A stretch of 51,579 nt of DNA. Source: an uncultured Hyphomonadaceae bacterium (GTDB lineage: Bacteria; Pseudomonadota; Alphaproteobacteria; Caulobacterales; Hyphomonadaceae). The position numbers were made by a program, and so were the translations under genes. Below, piece after piece: positions 36,400 through 46,868 of this stretch (within the stretch, counting starts at the first letter, position 1; every line of letters starts with the position of its first letter). The notes under the pieces were generated by a model. That model worked only from the letters and a program-made list of their open reading frames with translations, ran no database searches and was not told where the DNA came from. The DNA lies in contig CALLCD010000186.1 of NCBI GenBank assembly GCA_938049795.1, positions 1 to 51,579 of the forward strand, given 5' to 3'.

Positions 36400-38286
36400 A
36401 TGATCGAGAAATTCTTCACCCCGCTCACCAGCCTCTTCCTGATTGCGATCTTTTTCCTGTTCAACGGATTGATCCAGCCGCGCATGGCCTCATGGCGTGT
36501 GGATTTCTCCCAAGGCGACCAATATACGCTCAGCAAAGGCACAAAGCAGACCCTCGGCGAACTTGCCGAGCCGGTGGACCTCACCTTCGTCTATTCGCGC
36601 ACCCTCGGACAGGACTTCCCCGTCATCCGCGCCTATGCCCAAAGAGTGCGCGAACTCTTGCAAACCTATGAAAATGTCGGCGGACGGCAATTGCATCTCG
36701 TCGAGATCGACCCCTCCCCCTTCTCGACCGCCGAAGACGAAGCCCTCGCCGCAGGCATCAGCGCCTTGCCCACAGGCAGCGGCGACCCGATCTATTTCGG
36801 ACTGATCGGCCGCAATGCGGTGGACGACGAACTGGTCATCCCGTTTCTCGATCCCGAGCGCGAAGCAACGCTGGAATATGATCTCACCCGCCTGATCGCC
36901 CGGCTCGACAATCCCAAACCGGCCACCATCGGCATCATCACCGACCTGCAAAACTTTCAAGGCACGGGCACCGAAACCGACTATTTCGTCCTGCGCGAGA
37001 TTGCCGCCTCCTACACGGTCGAACCGATTGCGCCTGATTTCCTGACCATTCCGGACAATGTAGACATTTTGCTTGTTGCCCACGCCGCCGACCTGACCAA
37101 CCGGCAGACCTATCTCATCGACCAGTTCATCCTCGAAAAGGGCCGCGCGCTGATCCTTGTCGATCCGGCCTCCAAAGCTGCAGCGGCCGCAGGCGGCGTG
37201 TTCAGCACCAGCAATGGTCTAACGCGGTCTGACCTTGGCGCCTTGGGCGAAGCGTGGGGCATTAACCTCCTGACCGAGGCGGTCGCCGACGCCACCCATG
37301 CCCTGCCAATCGGAGTGGAAGAAAACGGCAGCGTGATCGAAATGGGCCAGCCGCTCTTTATTGGCCTCCCCCGTGCGCTCATGTCGTCAGACGATCTCGT
37401 CACCGCGCCGCTCTCGCTGACCTTGAACCTCGGCGCGCCGGGCGCATTGCAAGCCTTCCCGCCCGACGGAGTGACCTTCTCCACACTGGTGCGCACCGAT
37501 GACGCGCCCTCTTTCATTGATCCCGAACGTGCCAGCGTAGACATGCCGCCGCAGGACGTCTTGCGCGCCTACGAGGCCGAAGACGGCTATCTCGTCATTG
37601 GCGGACGCTTGAGCGGCATTCTGCCCACCGCCTTTGCCGACGGACCACCGCTTGCCGACCTGCCCGACGACCCGGTCGAGGCGGAACTCCTTGACCTCGC
37701 CAATGCCGAGCTTACCAATCACCTCACCCAAAGCGTCCAGCCGGCTGAAATCATCATTCTCGCCGATGCGGACATGCTCGATGACGGCTTCTATATCGAC
37801 CCGCGCTCGGGCAATCCGGCCGGCGACAATGCGACCTTCATCCTCAATGCGCTCGACAATCTTGCTGGCGGCGACGCGCTGACCAATCTCCGCTCGCGCA
37901 GCCCGAACCAGCGCCCGATGAACCGGATCGACCGGATGCGCGACATTGCCCAGCGCCAATTCTTCGCCGAACAAGTCGAACTTGAAGACCGGCTCGCCTC
38001 CGCGCAGGCACGGCTCGAGCAGCTACAGGCAAACGGCATCGAACAGGGCTTCTTCTCCGGCGACCTCGAAGCCGATCTCAGCCCCGAAGAACGCACCGAA
38101 CTGGCCGCCTTGCGCCAAAGCGTGATCGAGACCCGCTCCAGCCTGCGCGACATCGAACGCAATTTCCGCCGCGATATTGACGGCCTCGTCGGCTCCTTGC
38201 GCTTTATCAATATCTGGGGCGGGCCGCTCATGCTTGCCTTGCTCGGCTTTCTGGTATGGTTCAGACAGAAACGGCGGCTGGGATGA
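36400..38286 (+). CDS. GldG-family ABC-transport auxiliary protein
   Basis: The start MIEKFFTPLTSLFLIAIFFLF (ATG at 36400) lies 5 nt after the permease stop. An N-terminal TM segment is followed by a large extracytoplasmic domain and a C-terminal TM segment (GGPLMLALLGFLVWF). The 863-aa track ORF beginning at 35695 is an out-of-frame read-in and is rejected. Confidence 0.75.
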   Translation: MIEKFFTPLTSLFLIAIFFLFNGLIQPRMASWRVDFSQGDQYTLSKGTKQTLGELAEPVDLTFVYSRTLGQDFPVIRAYAQRVRELLQTYENVGGRQLHLVEIDPSPFSTAEDEALAAGISALPTGSGDPIYFGLIGRNAVDDELVIPFLDPEREATLEYDLTRLIARLDNPKPATIGIITDLQNFQGTGTETDYFVLREIAASYTVEPIAPDFLTIPDNVDILLVAHAADLTNRQTYLIDQFILEKGRALILVDPASKAAAAAGGVFSTSNGLTRSDLGALGEAWGINLLTEAVADATHALPIGVEENGSVIEMGQPLFIGLPRALMSSDDLVTAPLSLTLNLGAPGALQAFPPDGVTFSTLVRTDDAPSFIDPERASVDMPPQDVLRAYEAEDGYLVIGGRLSGILPTAFADGPPLADLPDDPVEAELLDLANAELTNHLTQSVQPAEIIILADADMLDDGFYIDPRSGNPAGDNATFILNALDNLAGGDALTNLRSRSPNQRPMNRIDRMRDIAQRQFFAEQVELEDRLASAQARLEQLQANGIEQGFFSGDLEADLSPEERTELAALRQSVIETRSSLRDIERNFRRDIDGLVGSLRFINIWGGPLMLALLGFLVWFRQKRRLG

Positions 38287-39407
38287 ACGACGCAATCAGA
38301 CAAAGGCGCAGACGCACCGTCATGGTTCTCGCTGGCATCACCGGCCTGCTCGCCCTGTTCAGCATTTTCTTCCAGACCGGAGACGCCGCCCGCCAACAGG
38401 GCGACCGCGCAGGCGCCTCCGTCTTCCCGCGCTTTGAACGCAAAATCGAACAGGCCCAGATCATCCGCATCACCTCGGCGGACACACAATACACCCTCAA
38501 ACGCGTCTCCGAAGACAGCACCGACTGGGTCATGCTCGAATCTGGCTCCTATCCCGTGCGCGCAGACCGGCTGAGCGAACTGGCAAACGGGCTGACCGAT
38601 CTCGTCTGGAGCGACCAACGCACGAGCGATCCCGAAAAGCTTGACCAGATCGGGCTCGGCCATCCTGAAACCGGCGGCGCAGGCGCGCTCATCGATGTGC
38701 AGGATGATGAAGGCCGCTCGCTGGCATCGCTCATCATCGGACGGCGACCGGACAAATTATATGGCCGCTTTCCGGACGAAAATAAAAGCTACCGGCTGTC
38801 CGGCGACATCCCTCCGCTCTATACCCGTCAGGCCTGGCTCGATCTCGACATTATCGACACCCAGCCCGATGCCGTCGCCGCCGTGCGCATCACCCAGGCC
38901 AATGGCCGCTCCGTGTTCGTCACCCGTCCCCCGGGCTCAAGTCAGCGCGCCTTCCGCCCCGCCCCGCCCTTCGAACGCGACACGCTGGTCAGCCGGCTCG
39001 CCATATCCGGCCCCGCCCTTGCGATCAGCCGGTTCGCCCCGCTCGACGTCAAACCCGCCGCAGCGCTGGAGACGCGGCCCCTCGGCCGCCACATCACCAC
39101 CACACATGACGGGCTCGAAATTGATGTCTCCGCCTATAAAGACCCCGACGGCTTCTACGTCACGCTGCGCGCCATCGAAGCGGGCGAAGGGGCCGTACGG
39201 GCGCAATCCATCAATGACCGTGCAAATGGCTGGGCCTACCGTCTATCCGAATTTGACTGGAATGATTACACCCCGCGCGTCTCAACCCTTGTCCGCCGCC
39301 CAGCCCCCGTCGAAGAAGAGCCGCCCGCTCCCGTCAGGCCCGCAGGCCCGCGCCCCTTCTCGATCCCCAATCCGGAAGCCATTCCGCCCATTGACCTCGA
39401 CCCATAA
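38283..39407 (+). CDS. DUF4340-like membrane-anchored protein (usual partner of GldG-type systems)
   Basis: The start MNDAIRQRRRRTVMVLAGITGLLALF overlaps the GldG stop (ATGA). It has a single N-terminal TM segment and a Pro-rich C-terminus. The family call rests on gene context and memory. Confidence 0.6.
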   Translation: MNDAIRQRRRRTVMVLAGITGLLALFSIFFQTGDAARQQGDRAGASVFPRFERKIEQAQIIRITSADTQYTLKRVSEDSTDWVMLESGSYPVRADRLSELANGLTDLVWSDQRTSDPEKLDQIGLGHPETGGAGALIDVQDDEGRSLASLIIGRRPDKLYGRFPDENKSYRLSGDIPPLYTRQAWLDLDIIDTQPDAVAAVRITQANGRSVFVTRPPGSSQRAFRPAPPFERDTLVSRLAISGPALAISRFAPLDVKPAAALETRPLGRHITTTHDGLEIDVSAYKDPDGFYVTLRAIEAGEGAVRAQSINDRANGWAYRLSEFDWNDYTPRVSTLVRRPAPVEEEPPAPVRPAGPRPFSIPNPEAIPPIDLDP

Positions 39408-39441
39408 AAAGACCCGCAACACCAGAGCATTGCGGGCCAAT
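39406..39441. terminator. Hairpin between convergent operon ends (DUF4340-like + / acnA -)
   Basis: CCCGCAA (39413-39419) pairs with TTGCGGG (39430-39436). An A-run precedes it, which reads as a T-run for the minus-strand acnA. Confidence 0.5.
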
Positions 39442-39461
39442 TCAATTATTAGCAGCTAAGA

Positions 39462-42131
39462 TCAGGCCGCCAGATTGCGCAGCACATAGTGCAGGATGCC
39501 GCCATTGCGGTAATAATCTAGCTCATTCTCCGTATCAATCCGGACCGTGGTCTTCGCGACAATCTTCGAGCCATCCGCCTTAGTGATCTGCACATCGAGG
39601 CTCTGGCGCGGCTTGATGTCATTAATGCCCTCAATCGTCACCTGTTCCTCGCCGGTCAGGCCAAGGCTCTCCGCGCTCGCCCCGTCAGCAAATTCGAGCG
39701 GCAGAACGCCCATCCCGATCAGATTGGACCGGTGGATGCGTTCGAACGAGCCAGCCACAACCGCCTTCACCCCAAGCAGAATTGTGCCCTTGGCCGCCCA
39801 GTCACGCGAGGAGCCATTGCCATAAAGATGACCCGCGAACACAACCAGCGGAACATTCTTCTCATGATACTTCATCGCCGCATCGTAAATCGGCATCACT
39901 TCGCCGGACGGATAATGTTTGGTCACCCCGCCCTCGGTGCCAGGCACCATCTGGTTCTTGATCCGGATGTTCGCAAATGTGCCGCGCATCATCACCTGAT
40001 GATTACCGCGCCGCGAGCCATAAGAGTTGAACTCCAGCACAGGCACCTGATGCTCGCGCAGATAATCGCCCGCCGGACTGTCAGATTTGATATTGCCCGC
40101 CGGAGAAATATGGTCGGTCGTAATCGAGTCGCCAAACAGGCCAAGCACGCGCGCATTGTGGACATCGGCTGGTGTTTCCACATCCATCGTCATGCCGTCA
40201 AAATAGGGCGGGTTCTGCACATAGGTCGAGCCAACCGGCCAGTCATAGGTCTGACCGCCGGACACTTCGATGCCCTGCCAGGCTTCATCACCCTTGAAGA
40301 CATCGCCATAGCGTTCGGCAAACATGGCTGGCGTGACCGCTTCGCGCATAATCGCCTGAATTTCGGCATTGGTCGGCCAAATGTCTTTCAGGTACACATC
40401 ATTGCCATCCTTATCCTTGCCGAGACTGTCTTTCGCGACATTCACCTTGAGCGAACCGGCAATGGCATAGGCCACAACCAGCGGCGGCGAGGCGAGATAA
40501 TTGGCCTTGATGTCCGGCCCAATCCGGCCTTCAAAATTCCGATTGCCCGACAAGACCGAGCAAGACACAAGATCGCCCTCGGCAATCGCTTTCGACAAAG
40601 GCGCAGACAGCGGGCCGGAATTGCCAATACAGGTCGTGCAGCCATAGCCGACGAGGTTAAAGCCAAGCGCATCGAGGTCTTTGGTCAGATCCGCCTTGTC
40701 GAGATAATCGGTCACAACTTGCGAGCCCGGCGCAAGCGATGTCTTCACCCACGGCTTGCTATCAAGACCAAGCGCCGCCGCCTTGCGCGCGACAAGCCCC
40801 GCCGCAATCAGCACGCTCGGATTTGACGTATTGGTACACGACGTAATCGCCGCAATAAACACATCACCATGCGTGACCGTATAGTCCGCGCCCTCGACCT
40901 TCACCGCCTTCGCGTCGGCCGGATCGGTATTAAACTCTTTCTGCATCGCCTCGAGGAACGCCGTATCCGCCTCCGACAAAAGCACATGATCCTGCGGGCG
41001 TTTTGGCCCTGAAATCGACGGCTGCACCGATGAGAGATCAAGCTCCAGCGTATCGGTAAACACCGGCTCATCCATATCCGGACGCCAATACCCTTGCGCC
41101 TGCGCATAAGCTTTCACAAGCGCCGTTTCGCGGCCCGTATCGCCAAGATAGGTCAGCGTTTCCTCATCCACAGGGAAGAAGGCACAGGTCGAGCCGAACT
41201 CTGGCGACATGTTCGAAAGTGTCGCCTGATCTTCGAGCGTCAGATTGGCGAGCCCCGGCCCAAAGAACTCGGTAAATTTCGCAACCACACCCTTGTCGCG
41301 CATCATCTTGGTGACGGTCAGCACGAGGTCGGTCGCCGTTGCGCCTTCGGGCAGTTTGCCGGTCAGCCGGAACCCGATCACTTCAGGGATCAGCATCGAC
41401 ACGGGCTGACCCAGCATCGCCGCTTCCGCCTCAATCCCGCCAACGCCCCAGCCGAGCACGGACAGGCCATTGATCATCGTCGTGTGGCTGTCGGTGCCAA
41501 CACATGTATCGGGATAGGCCACCGTCTCGCCGCCCTCTTCCTTGGTCCAGACCGTCTTGCCGAGATATTCAAGATTAACCTGATGGCAGATGCCCGTGCC
41601 CGGCGGCACAACGCGGAAGTTCTCAAACGCCGAGCCGCCCCAGCGCAAAAACTCGTACCGCTCGCCATTGCGCTCATATTCCCGCTCGACATTGCGCTTG
41701 AAACTGTCCGCGCCGCCAAAATTATCGACCATGACGGAGTGGTCAATCACGAGATCCACCGGCACTTGCGGATTAATAGCAGAGGCTTCACCGCCAAGCT
41801 TCTCACTCGCATCCCGCATCGCCGCCAGATCAACCACCGCCGGAACACCCGTAAAATCCTGCATCAGAACGCGCGCGGGCCGATAGGCAATTTCCTGCGT
41901 CACCGAGCCGCCATTGTCGAGCCATGTCTTAAACGCGACAATATCGTCTTTCGTCACCGACTTTCCGTCTTCATTGCGCAGCATATTCTCAAGCAGAACC
42001 TTGAGCGACGCCGGAAGCCGCGAAATATCGCCAAGCCCGTTTTCCGCCGCTTTGGCGAGAGAATAATAGGTGTAGGTTTTCTCGCCCACGGTCAGGGTAG
42101 ATTTCGATTTGAAACTGTCAAGAGATGCCAT
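39462..42131 (-). CDS. acnA: Aconitate hydratase A
   Basis: 889 aa from [25 protein letters not shown] (cat at 42129-42131, with GGAG upstream). Aconitase blocks are present: [32 protein letters not shown] and the C-terminal swivel domain. The track ORF's 61-aa N-terminal extension is rejected. Confidence 0.95.
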   Translation of the reverse strand: MASLDSFKSKSTLTVGEKTYTYYSLAKAAENGLGDISRLPASLKVLLENMLRNEDGKSVTKDDIVAFKTWLDNGGSVTQEIAYRPARVLMQDFTGVPAVVDLAAMRDASEKLGGEASAINPQVPVDLVIDHSVMVDNFGGADSFKRNVEREYERNGERYEFLRWGGSAFENFRVVPPGTGICHQVNLEYLGKTVWTKEEGGETVAYPDTCVGTDSHTTMINGLSVLGWGVGGIEAEAAMLGQPVSMLIPEVIGFRLTGKLPEGATATDLVLTVTKMMRDKGVVAKFTEFFGPGLANLTLEDQATLSNMSPEFGSTCAFFPVDEETLTYLGDTGRETALVKAYAQAQGYWRPDMDEPVFTDTLELDLSSVQPSISGPKRPQDHVLLSEADTAFLEAMQKEFNTDPADAKAVKVEGADYTVTHGDVFIAAITSCTNTSNPSVLIAAGLVARKAAALGLDSKPWVKTSLAPGSQVVTDYLDKADLTKDLDALGFNLVGYGCTTCIGNSGPLSAPLSKAIAEGDLVSCSVLSGNRNFEGRIGPDIKANYLASPPLVVAYAIAGSLKVNVAKDSLGKDKDGNDVYLKDIWPTNAEIQAIMREAVTPAMFAERYGDVFKGDEAWQGIEVSGGQTYDWPVGSTYVQNPPYFDGMTMDVETPADVHNARVLGLFGDSITTDHISPAGNIKSDSPAGDYLREHQVPVLEFNSYGSRRGNHQVMMRGTFANIRIKNQMVPGTEGGVTKHYPSGEVMPIYDAAMKYHEKNVPLVVFAGHLYGNGSSRDWAAKGTILLGVKAVVAGSFERIHRSNLIGMGVLPLEFADGASAESLGLTGEEQVTIEGINDIKPRQSLDVQITKADGSKIVAKTTVRIDTENELDYYRNGGILHYVLRNLAA

Positions 42132-42295
42132 TTGGGAGGGCTCCGTTTTTATTCGGGTTTTCTGTTGGCCCTGTCTTATCGTGCAAGGGCACCAAGCGCA
42201 ATCATAGCCGGTTGACGTGTTCGTTAATTTACGCGGAAAATCACGGCTCGCCGCCCTCTGAAGACGGGAGAATCGGGCAACAAAGCGCTTAATCG

Positions 42296-42787
42296 CTAGA
42301 CCGGCTCGGCCCATTGGGCAAACCGCGTCGCCACCGCCTCATAGCTTGCCCGCTTAAACGGAATGATCAGCCCGGGCAAATCGCCAAGCTCGGCCCAGCG
42401 CCAGGCATCAAACTCCGGCGTATGCAAATCGAGCCGCACATCGCCATCAGATCCGGTAAAGCGCAGCGCAAACCATTTCTGCCGCTGACCGATATACGGC
42501 CCGCCGAGCCGCTTTTTCAGGTCCGGCGGGAAGTCATAATAAATCCAGTCCTCGGTCTCTTCGAGCACTTTGACAAGTTTGTGGGAAATGCCGATCTCTT
42601 CTTCAAGCTCGCGCAGAGCCGCCTCTTCGGGGCTTTCGCCCGCATCAATCCCGCCCTGGGGCATCTGCCACTGAAACGCCCCGCGCGAATTGATCCGGCG
42701 ACCGACAAACACATGTCCGGCTTTCGAGAACACGGCCAGTCCGACATTCGGCCTGTAAAGCTCAGGCTTGCGGACCGGCTCGCTCAT
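42296..42787 (-). CDS. rppH: RNA pyrophosphohydrolase (Nudix)
   Basis: [21 protein letters not shown]...[27 protein letters not shown] is the Nudix box. The 163-aa length fits. Confidence 0.9.
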   Translation of the reverse strand: MSEPVRKPELYRPNVGLAVFSKAGHVFVGRRINSRGAFQWQMPQGGIDAGESPEEAALRELEEEIGISHKLVKVLEETEDWIYYDFPPDLKKRLGGPYIGQRQKWFALRFTGSDGDVRLDLHTPEFDAWRWAELGDLPGLIIPFKRASYEAVATRFAQWAEPV

Positions 42788-44139
42788 CTGGCGCCATCTG
42801 ACGCAGCAGACACACCCAGCTGGGTCGTCTGGATTGGCCGCACCGCTGACGACGGAACCGCAGAGGCCGGTGCGAGCAGAATACCCTTACTCTCGAGCCG
42901 GCGGGTCCACGCAATGATAATGTCCATCGTCAATGGATAGGCAAACCCTGTGCCCAGCGCAGCGCCTTCCGTTTTGGCGATGGATTCAAGCTGCTGCAAA
43001 CGGCGTTCAATCGCTTCCGCCTCAACCTGTGTATCAATGTTCTCATTGGCTGCTGCATAGATCACATCCTGCCGGTCAGCGGCAGCATCAAAGGATTTGG
43101 ACGGCGTTGAGCCGTGCCGGAAGAAAGCCAGCCCGCGCTCCTGCAAGCGTTCAAAGACGGGCAACAAGGCGCCATCCGTGTCCGCAAATTTCTCGCCATT
43201 ATGGTTGATGATTCCGTAAAACTCTGTGCCACCGCTCAGCAGACGGTCAAGACGCTGCCGGTTATCATCAGCCGTACCTCGCGCAAGCAAGGTCTGGCTG
43301 TGGGGCAATGTCCGGCCACGCTCATAGGCCTCCATCGGCACTTCAAGCAGGACTTCATGCCCTTTCTCGCGTGCGCGCCGGATCAATCTCGGGCTGGCAT
43401 CGGCCACAAAAGACAAAGTGACCTCCGGCGGCAAATCATCAATCGCCGCATGGGTCTGGCGTGCCGATGTCCCGAGACCACCAACAATCAGGGCAATCAC
43501 AGGCTGACCGCGTGGATTATCGAACGGACGGGCATTGCTCTGAGAGGGGGTCGAGATCGTAACCGACGCAAGCGTTGGCACCGGAGCGGTTTCCTCTGCG
43601 ACGACCACAGGGGTCTGTGCGGTGTCGTCCAGAATGGTGATCGGGCTGAGGTCACTGTCGGCTTCAACTTGCCGATAGCTCTTCCCGACAGGCACGAAGA
43701 CGCCATTGATCGTCATACCCTGAGGGCGCGGCGCAGGTGCGGGAGCGGCCACCGCAACGTTCTGAACAGGCGCAGGAGCCCGGGGGCCACCAGACGGGTC
43801 AGCCACACCCAGATTGGGCGAAGACGCACGACCGGCATCAGAAACGCGGCTTGTGCCCGGACGATCCGCGGCCGCCATCACTGTCGGTCCTCCGGATTGA
43901 TCCACCAGCCGTGCGCGCACAGTACGCGGTGCATCCGGATTGGTCTCGAACAGAGCAACCACACGGCTTGGCCCTGCCGCAGCCGCATCTCCGGTAAAAT
44001 GTATTGCTCCACCGGCAAGTGCCAGAACGCCGCCAAACACGGCAAGGCTCAGAAAACTATGATAAAACCCTGCGCGAACAGGCGATGGATCGCGCCGTTT
44101 AGTCTTGGCCATGAACAATAACCCTCTGATGAAATTCAC
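42784..44139 (-). CDS. Divergent polysaccharide deacetylase family protein (YibQ-like)
   Basis: It has an N-terminal TM segment, a Pro/Ala-rich linker, and a C-terminal domain with IALIVGGLG...VTLSF...GHEVLLEVPME. Its stop overlaps the rppH start (ATGA). An alternative start lies at 44112 (MAKTKRR). Confidence 0.8.
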   Translation of the reverse strand: MNFIRGLLFMAKTKRRDPSPVRAGFYHSFLSLAVFGGVLALAGGAIHFTGDAAAAGPSRVVALFETNPDAPRTVRARLVDQSGGPTVMAAADRPGTSRVSDAGRASSPNLGVADPSGGPRAPAPVQNVAVAAPAPAPRPQGMTINGVFVPVGKSYRQVEADSDLSPITILDDTAQTPVVVAEETAPVPTLASVTISTPSQSNARPFDNPRGQPVIALIVGGLGTSARQTHAAIDDLPPEVTLSFVADASPRLIRRAREKGHEVLLEVPMEAYERGRTLPHSQTLLARGTADDNRQRLDRLLSGGTEFYGIINHNGEKFADTDGALLPVFERLQERGLAFFRHGSTPSKSFDAAADRQDVIYAAANENIDTQVEAEAIERRLQQLESIAKTEGAALGTGFAYPLTMDIIIAWTRRLESKGILLAPASAVPSSAVRPIQTTQLGVSAASDGAR

Positions 44140-44188
44140 TGTAGACCAGTAATTTCACTCAAACCCGTTAACAATCTGCAAAGTTTAG

Positions 44189-45511
44189 TTAACCCGCTCT
44201 ACCAGCCACACTGGCGAACGTCGCCGGATCACGCAAGATATCAAGCGCTCTGTCCAGCTGGTAGTCCTCACCATCATAGCCCTCAGGCGGTTGATCGTCC
44301 GGAATATGCGGTCGACGACGCTCGGTGCCTTCTTCATTGGCCAGCGCGTTTGGCAGGTCGGATTCAGAGAACCGGCGAATACGCTCAAGCTCTTCCTCGG
44401 TCACACGTTCGGCAGCGACTTCAATATCGGGCTCGATACCCGTGCCCTGAATAGACCGGCCCGACGGCGTATAATACCGCGCCGTTGTCAGCCGCAGCGC
44501 ACCACGATCAGCACCAAGCGGGATAACCGTCTGCACCGACCCTTTGCCAAACGATGTCACGCCCAGAACCCGCGCGCGCTCGCGGTCTTGCAAAGCCCCC
44601 GCGACAATCTCCGCCGCCGAGGCCGACCCGCTATTGATGATGACCATAATCGGCACATCCTTGAAAGCTTGCGAATTGTTGGCGCTATAGCGTTTGTCAT
44701 TGAAAGAGTGCCGCCCAAAGGTCGAGACAACTTCGCCGCCAGACAGGAACAGCTCACTGACGCTGACGGCCTGATCAAGCAGCCCGCCCGGATTATTGCG
44801 CAGGTCCAGAACGAGCCCCTCGGGCTTGCCGCCGACCTCCCGCGCAATGCCTGCCAGCGCGTCTTCGAGCAATTCGGTCGTCAGCTCATTAAAGCCCGAA
44901 ATCCGCACATAGCCGATCTCGCCTTCTTTGACTTCCCAACGGACCGATTTCGGCCGGATCACTTCGCGTGTCAGCGTCACATCGAACGGATCAACACCCT
45001 CACGCATGACCGTAATTGTAATATCGGTGCCAACTTCGCCGCGCATTTCCTTGACCGCATCATTAAGCGGCAGACCAACAATTTGGCGTCCATTGATCGC
45101 GGTCAGCAAATCACCACTTTTAAGACCAGCACGGCTCGCCGGCGTATCATCAATCGGTGCAACCACTTTGACAAAGCCATCCTCGGGCACAACTTCAATG
45201 CCCAAACCGCCATATTCGCCCGACGTATCGACCTGAATGGCGCGGAAGCTTTCAGGGTTCAGATAACCCGAATGCGGATCGAGCGAGGTCAGCATGCCAT
45301 TAATCGCCGCCTCAATCGCCTCGCCATCATCAATCTCGGTGACATAATCGGACTGGACCCGCGCCAGAATATCTCCAAATATATCAAGCTTACCATAGGT
45401 CTCGGCCCGCGAATCCTGCGCCGTCGCGCCGGTCCAGCTTATCGAAAACATTCCGATAAAACCTGCACCCAAAATTGCTCCGACACCTACGCCTGCTAGC
45501 CAAGACCTCAT
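44189..45511 (-). CDS. ctpA: S41 carboxy-terminal processing peptidase
   Basis: The PDZ block is GGLGIEV...GDLLTAINGRQI. The S41 catalytic region is LDLRNNPGGLLDQAV...INSGSASAAEIVAGALQD. An N-terminal signal/anchor is present. Confidence 0.9.
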   Translation of the reverse strand: MRSWLAGVGVGAILGAGFIGMFSISWTGATAQDSRAETYGKLDIFGDILARVQSDYVTEIDDGEAIEAAINGMLTSLDPHSGYLNPESFRAIQVDTSGEYGGLGIEVVPEDGFVKVVAPIDDTPASRAGLKSGDLLTAINGRQIVGLPLNDAVKEMRGEVGTDITITVMREGVDPFDVTLTREVIRPKSVRWEVKEGEIGYVRISGFNELTTELLEDALAGIAREVGGKPEGLVLDLRNNPGGLLDQAVSVSELFLSGGEVVSTFGRHSFNDKRYSANNSQAFKDVPIMVIINSGSASAAEIVAGALQDRERARVLGVTSFGKGSVQTVIPLGADRGALRLTTARYYTPSGRSIQGTGIEPDIEVAAERVTEEELERIRRFSESDLPNALANEEGTERRRPHIPDDQPPEGYDGEDYQLDRALDILRDPATFASVAGRAG

Positions 45512-45607
45512 GCTAAACTCCTAAATCTTCCAACCAATGCGATGATTATGACCTGAATTGTCAACTAAACAAACTGTCAGTTGCTCCAATTGTCACACCA
45601 ATCAAGT

Positions 45608-46804
45608 CTACTGCGCCAACCAGTTTGCCGGGTTCTCCGACTTGTCATTTTTACGGAGCTCCAGATACAACTCCGGCGGCGGATCACGGCGACCGGACAT
45701 GTGGCCAACCGGCTCACCAGCGCTCACTCTCTGCCCCGGCGCGCCATAAGTCTCCGCCAGTCCTGCCATTATGACAAGATAATCATCGCTTGTCTTTAAA
45801 ATCAGCATATGGCCATAGCTGCGGAACACATCGGCATGTTCGATCACCCCATCAACCGGCGCAATCACCTGCGCATCCTGACGGGTGACAATCGTCAGCC
45901 CTTCCGACCGCCCCCCCGTCTGCCGACGCGCGCCAAAGGCTTCGGACACAAGCCCCGTAACCGGCCGCAACATCCCGCCAAGCTGCTGCGCCCCAAGCGG
46001 ACGCAAGCCCGACATATCCGCACGCACCCGCTCGGCGGCCGGGCTACGGGCAGCAACCTGACGGACCGCAGCCGGTTTTCGCCCCGGCGCCACCGGCGCA
46101 TCGCGTTCCAGCGCCACCAGCAAATCCCGCAGCGTCCCCGCCTCCCGCGCAAGCAGATCCGCCCGCGCCTGAAGCGCCGCCGCATCCGCACTGACATCCT
46201 CATATTGCGCCCGCTTGGCCGCAGCCAGCGTTTCAATCTCGCGTCGTTTAAGCGCCAGTGTCGCCTCCGCCGCTTCGAGCCGCGCCTGTTCGCGCAGGAT
46301 TTGCCGCTCAAGCCGGTTCAGCGCCTCAATCTCCTCGCCAAGCGCTTCGGCCCGCGCAGACAATTCCGGCGCAACCGCCCCCATCACAATCGCCGTGCGC
46401 ACCGAGCGGTTGACCTCGTCCGGCGACACAATCATTGCCGGTGGCCGGTGACGGCTCGAAGACGCAAGCGCTGCCAGCAAATCTTCCAGCGCCAGCTCAT
46501 CGCTCAACAGATCAGAGCTCGCCGCAGACCGCCGGACTTTCAGCGCCACAAGTTCGCGCTCGGCATCACTTGCCTGCTGCTCGCGCCGACGGCTCTCCAT
46601 TGCCGAGGCAATCAGCGTCTCATTAAGATTAGCCACATCGACCTGCGCGCCCATGCCCGCCGCCTCAAGCGCGGCAAGCTGTTGTTCGGCCGCCGCCTTC
46701 TCCGCCTCGAGCGCCTCAAGCTCCTCACGCGTAAACGTATCCGGCGCTGCCCCGATCAGAAACGGCAAACAGAATAAAAACAAAAGACGAGCAAGGCGCG
46801 ACAT
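45608..46804 (-). CDS. EnvC-like murein hydrolase activator (coiled coil + degenerate M23/LytM domain)
   Basis: Signal peptide MSRLARLLFLFCLPFLIGAAP. A long Ala/Glu/Leu coiled coil follows. The C-terminal LytM-like domain reads ...GLTIVTRQDAQVIAPVDGVIEHADVFRSYGHMLILK... Confidence 0.85.
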   Translation of the reverse strand: MSRLARLLFLFCLPFLIGAAPDTFTREELEALEAEKAAAEQQLAALEAAGMGAQVDVANLNETLIASAMESRRREQQASDAERELVALKVRRSAASSDLLSDELALEDLLAALASSSRHRPPAMIVSPDEVNRSVRTAIVMGAVAPELSARAEALGEEIEALNRLERQILREQARLEAAEATLALKRREIETLAAAKRAQYEDVSADAAALQARADLLAREAGTLRDLLVALERDAPVAPGRKPAAVRQVAARSPAAERVRADMSGLRPLGAQQLGGMLRPVTGLVSEAFGARRQTGGRSEGLTIVTRQDAQVIAPVDGVIEHADVFRSYGHMLILKTSDDYLVIMAGLAETYGAPGQRVSAGEPVGHMSGRRDPPPELYLELRKNDKSENPANWLAQ

Positions 46805-46868
46805 GGGCCGGACCCTAGCCCGACTTACTAACCGGAGGATTAACCAAATACGGCTTTACGGCGGGCCG

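Noticed and set aside
35695-38286. An 863-aa ORF that would fuse part of the permease region to GldG.
   Set aside because: Its first roughly 235 codons are an out-of-frame read through the ABC-2 permease gene and give an Arg-rich nonsense composition. A clean start, MIEKFF with a TM helix, lies at 36400, 5 nt after the permease stop.
42132-42314. A 61-aa N-terminal extension of aconitase, and the idea of a structured acnA leader element in the 164-nt rppH-acnA gap.
   Set aside because: The extension has a non-protein-like composition. Aconitase homology, as I recall it, begins at MASLDSF with an upstream GGAG. I could not identify a convincing conserved structure or box in the gap by eye, so I make no claim.
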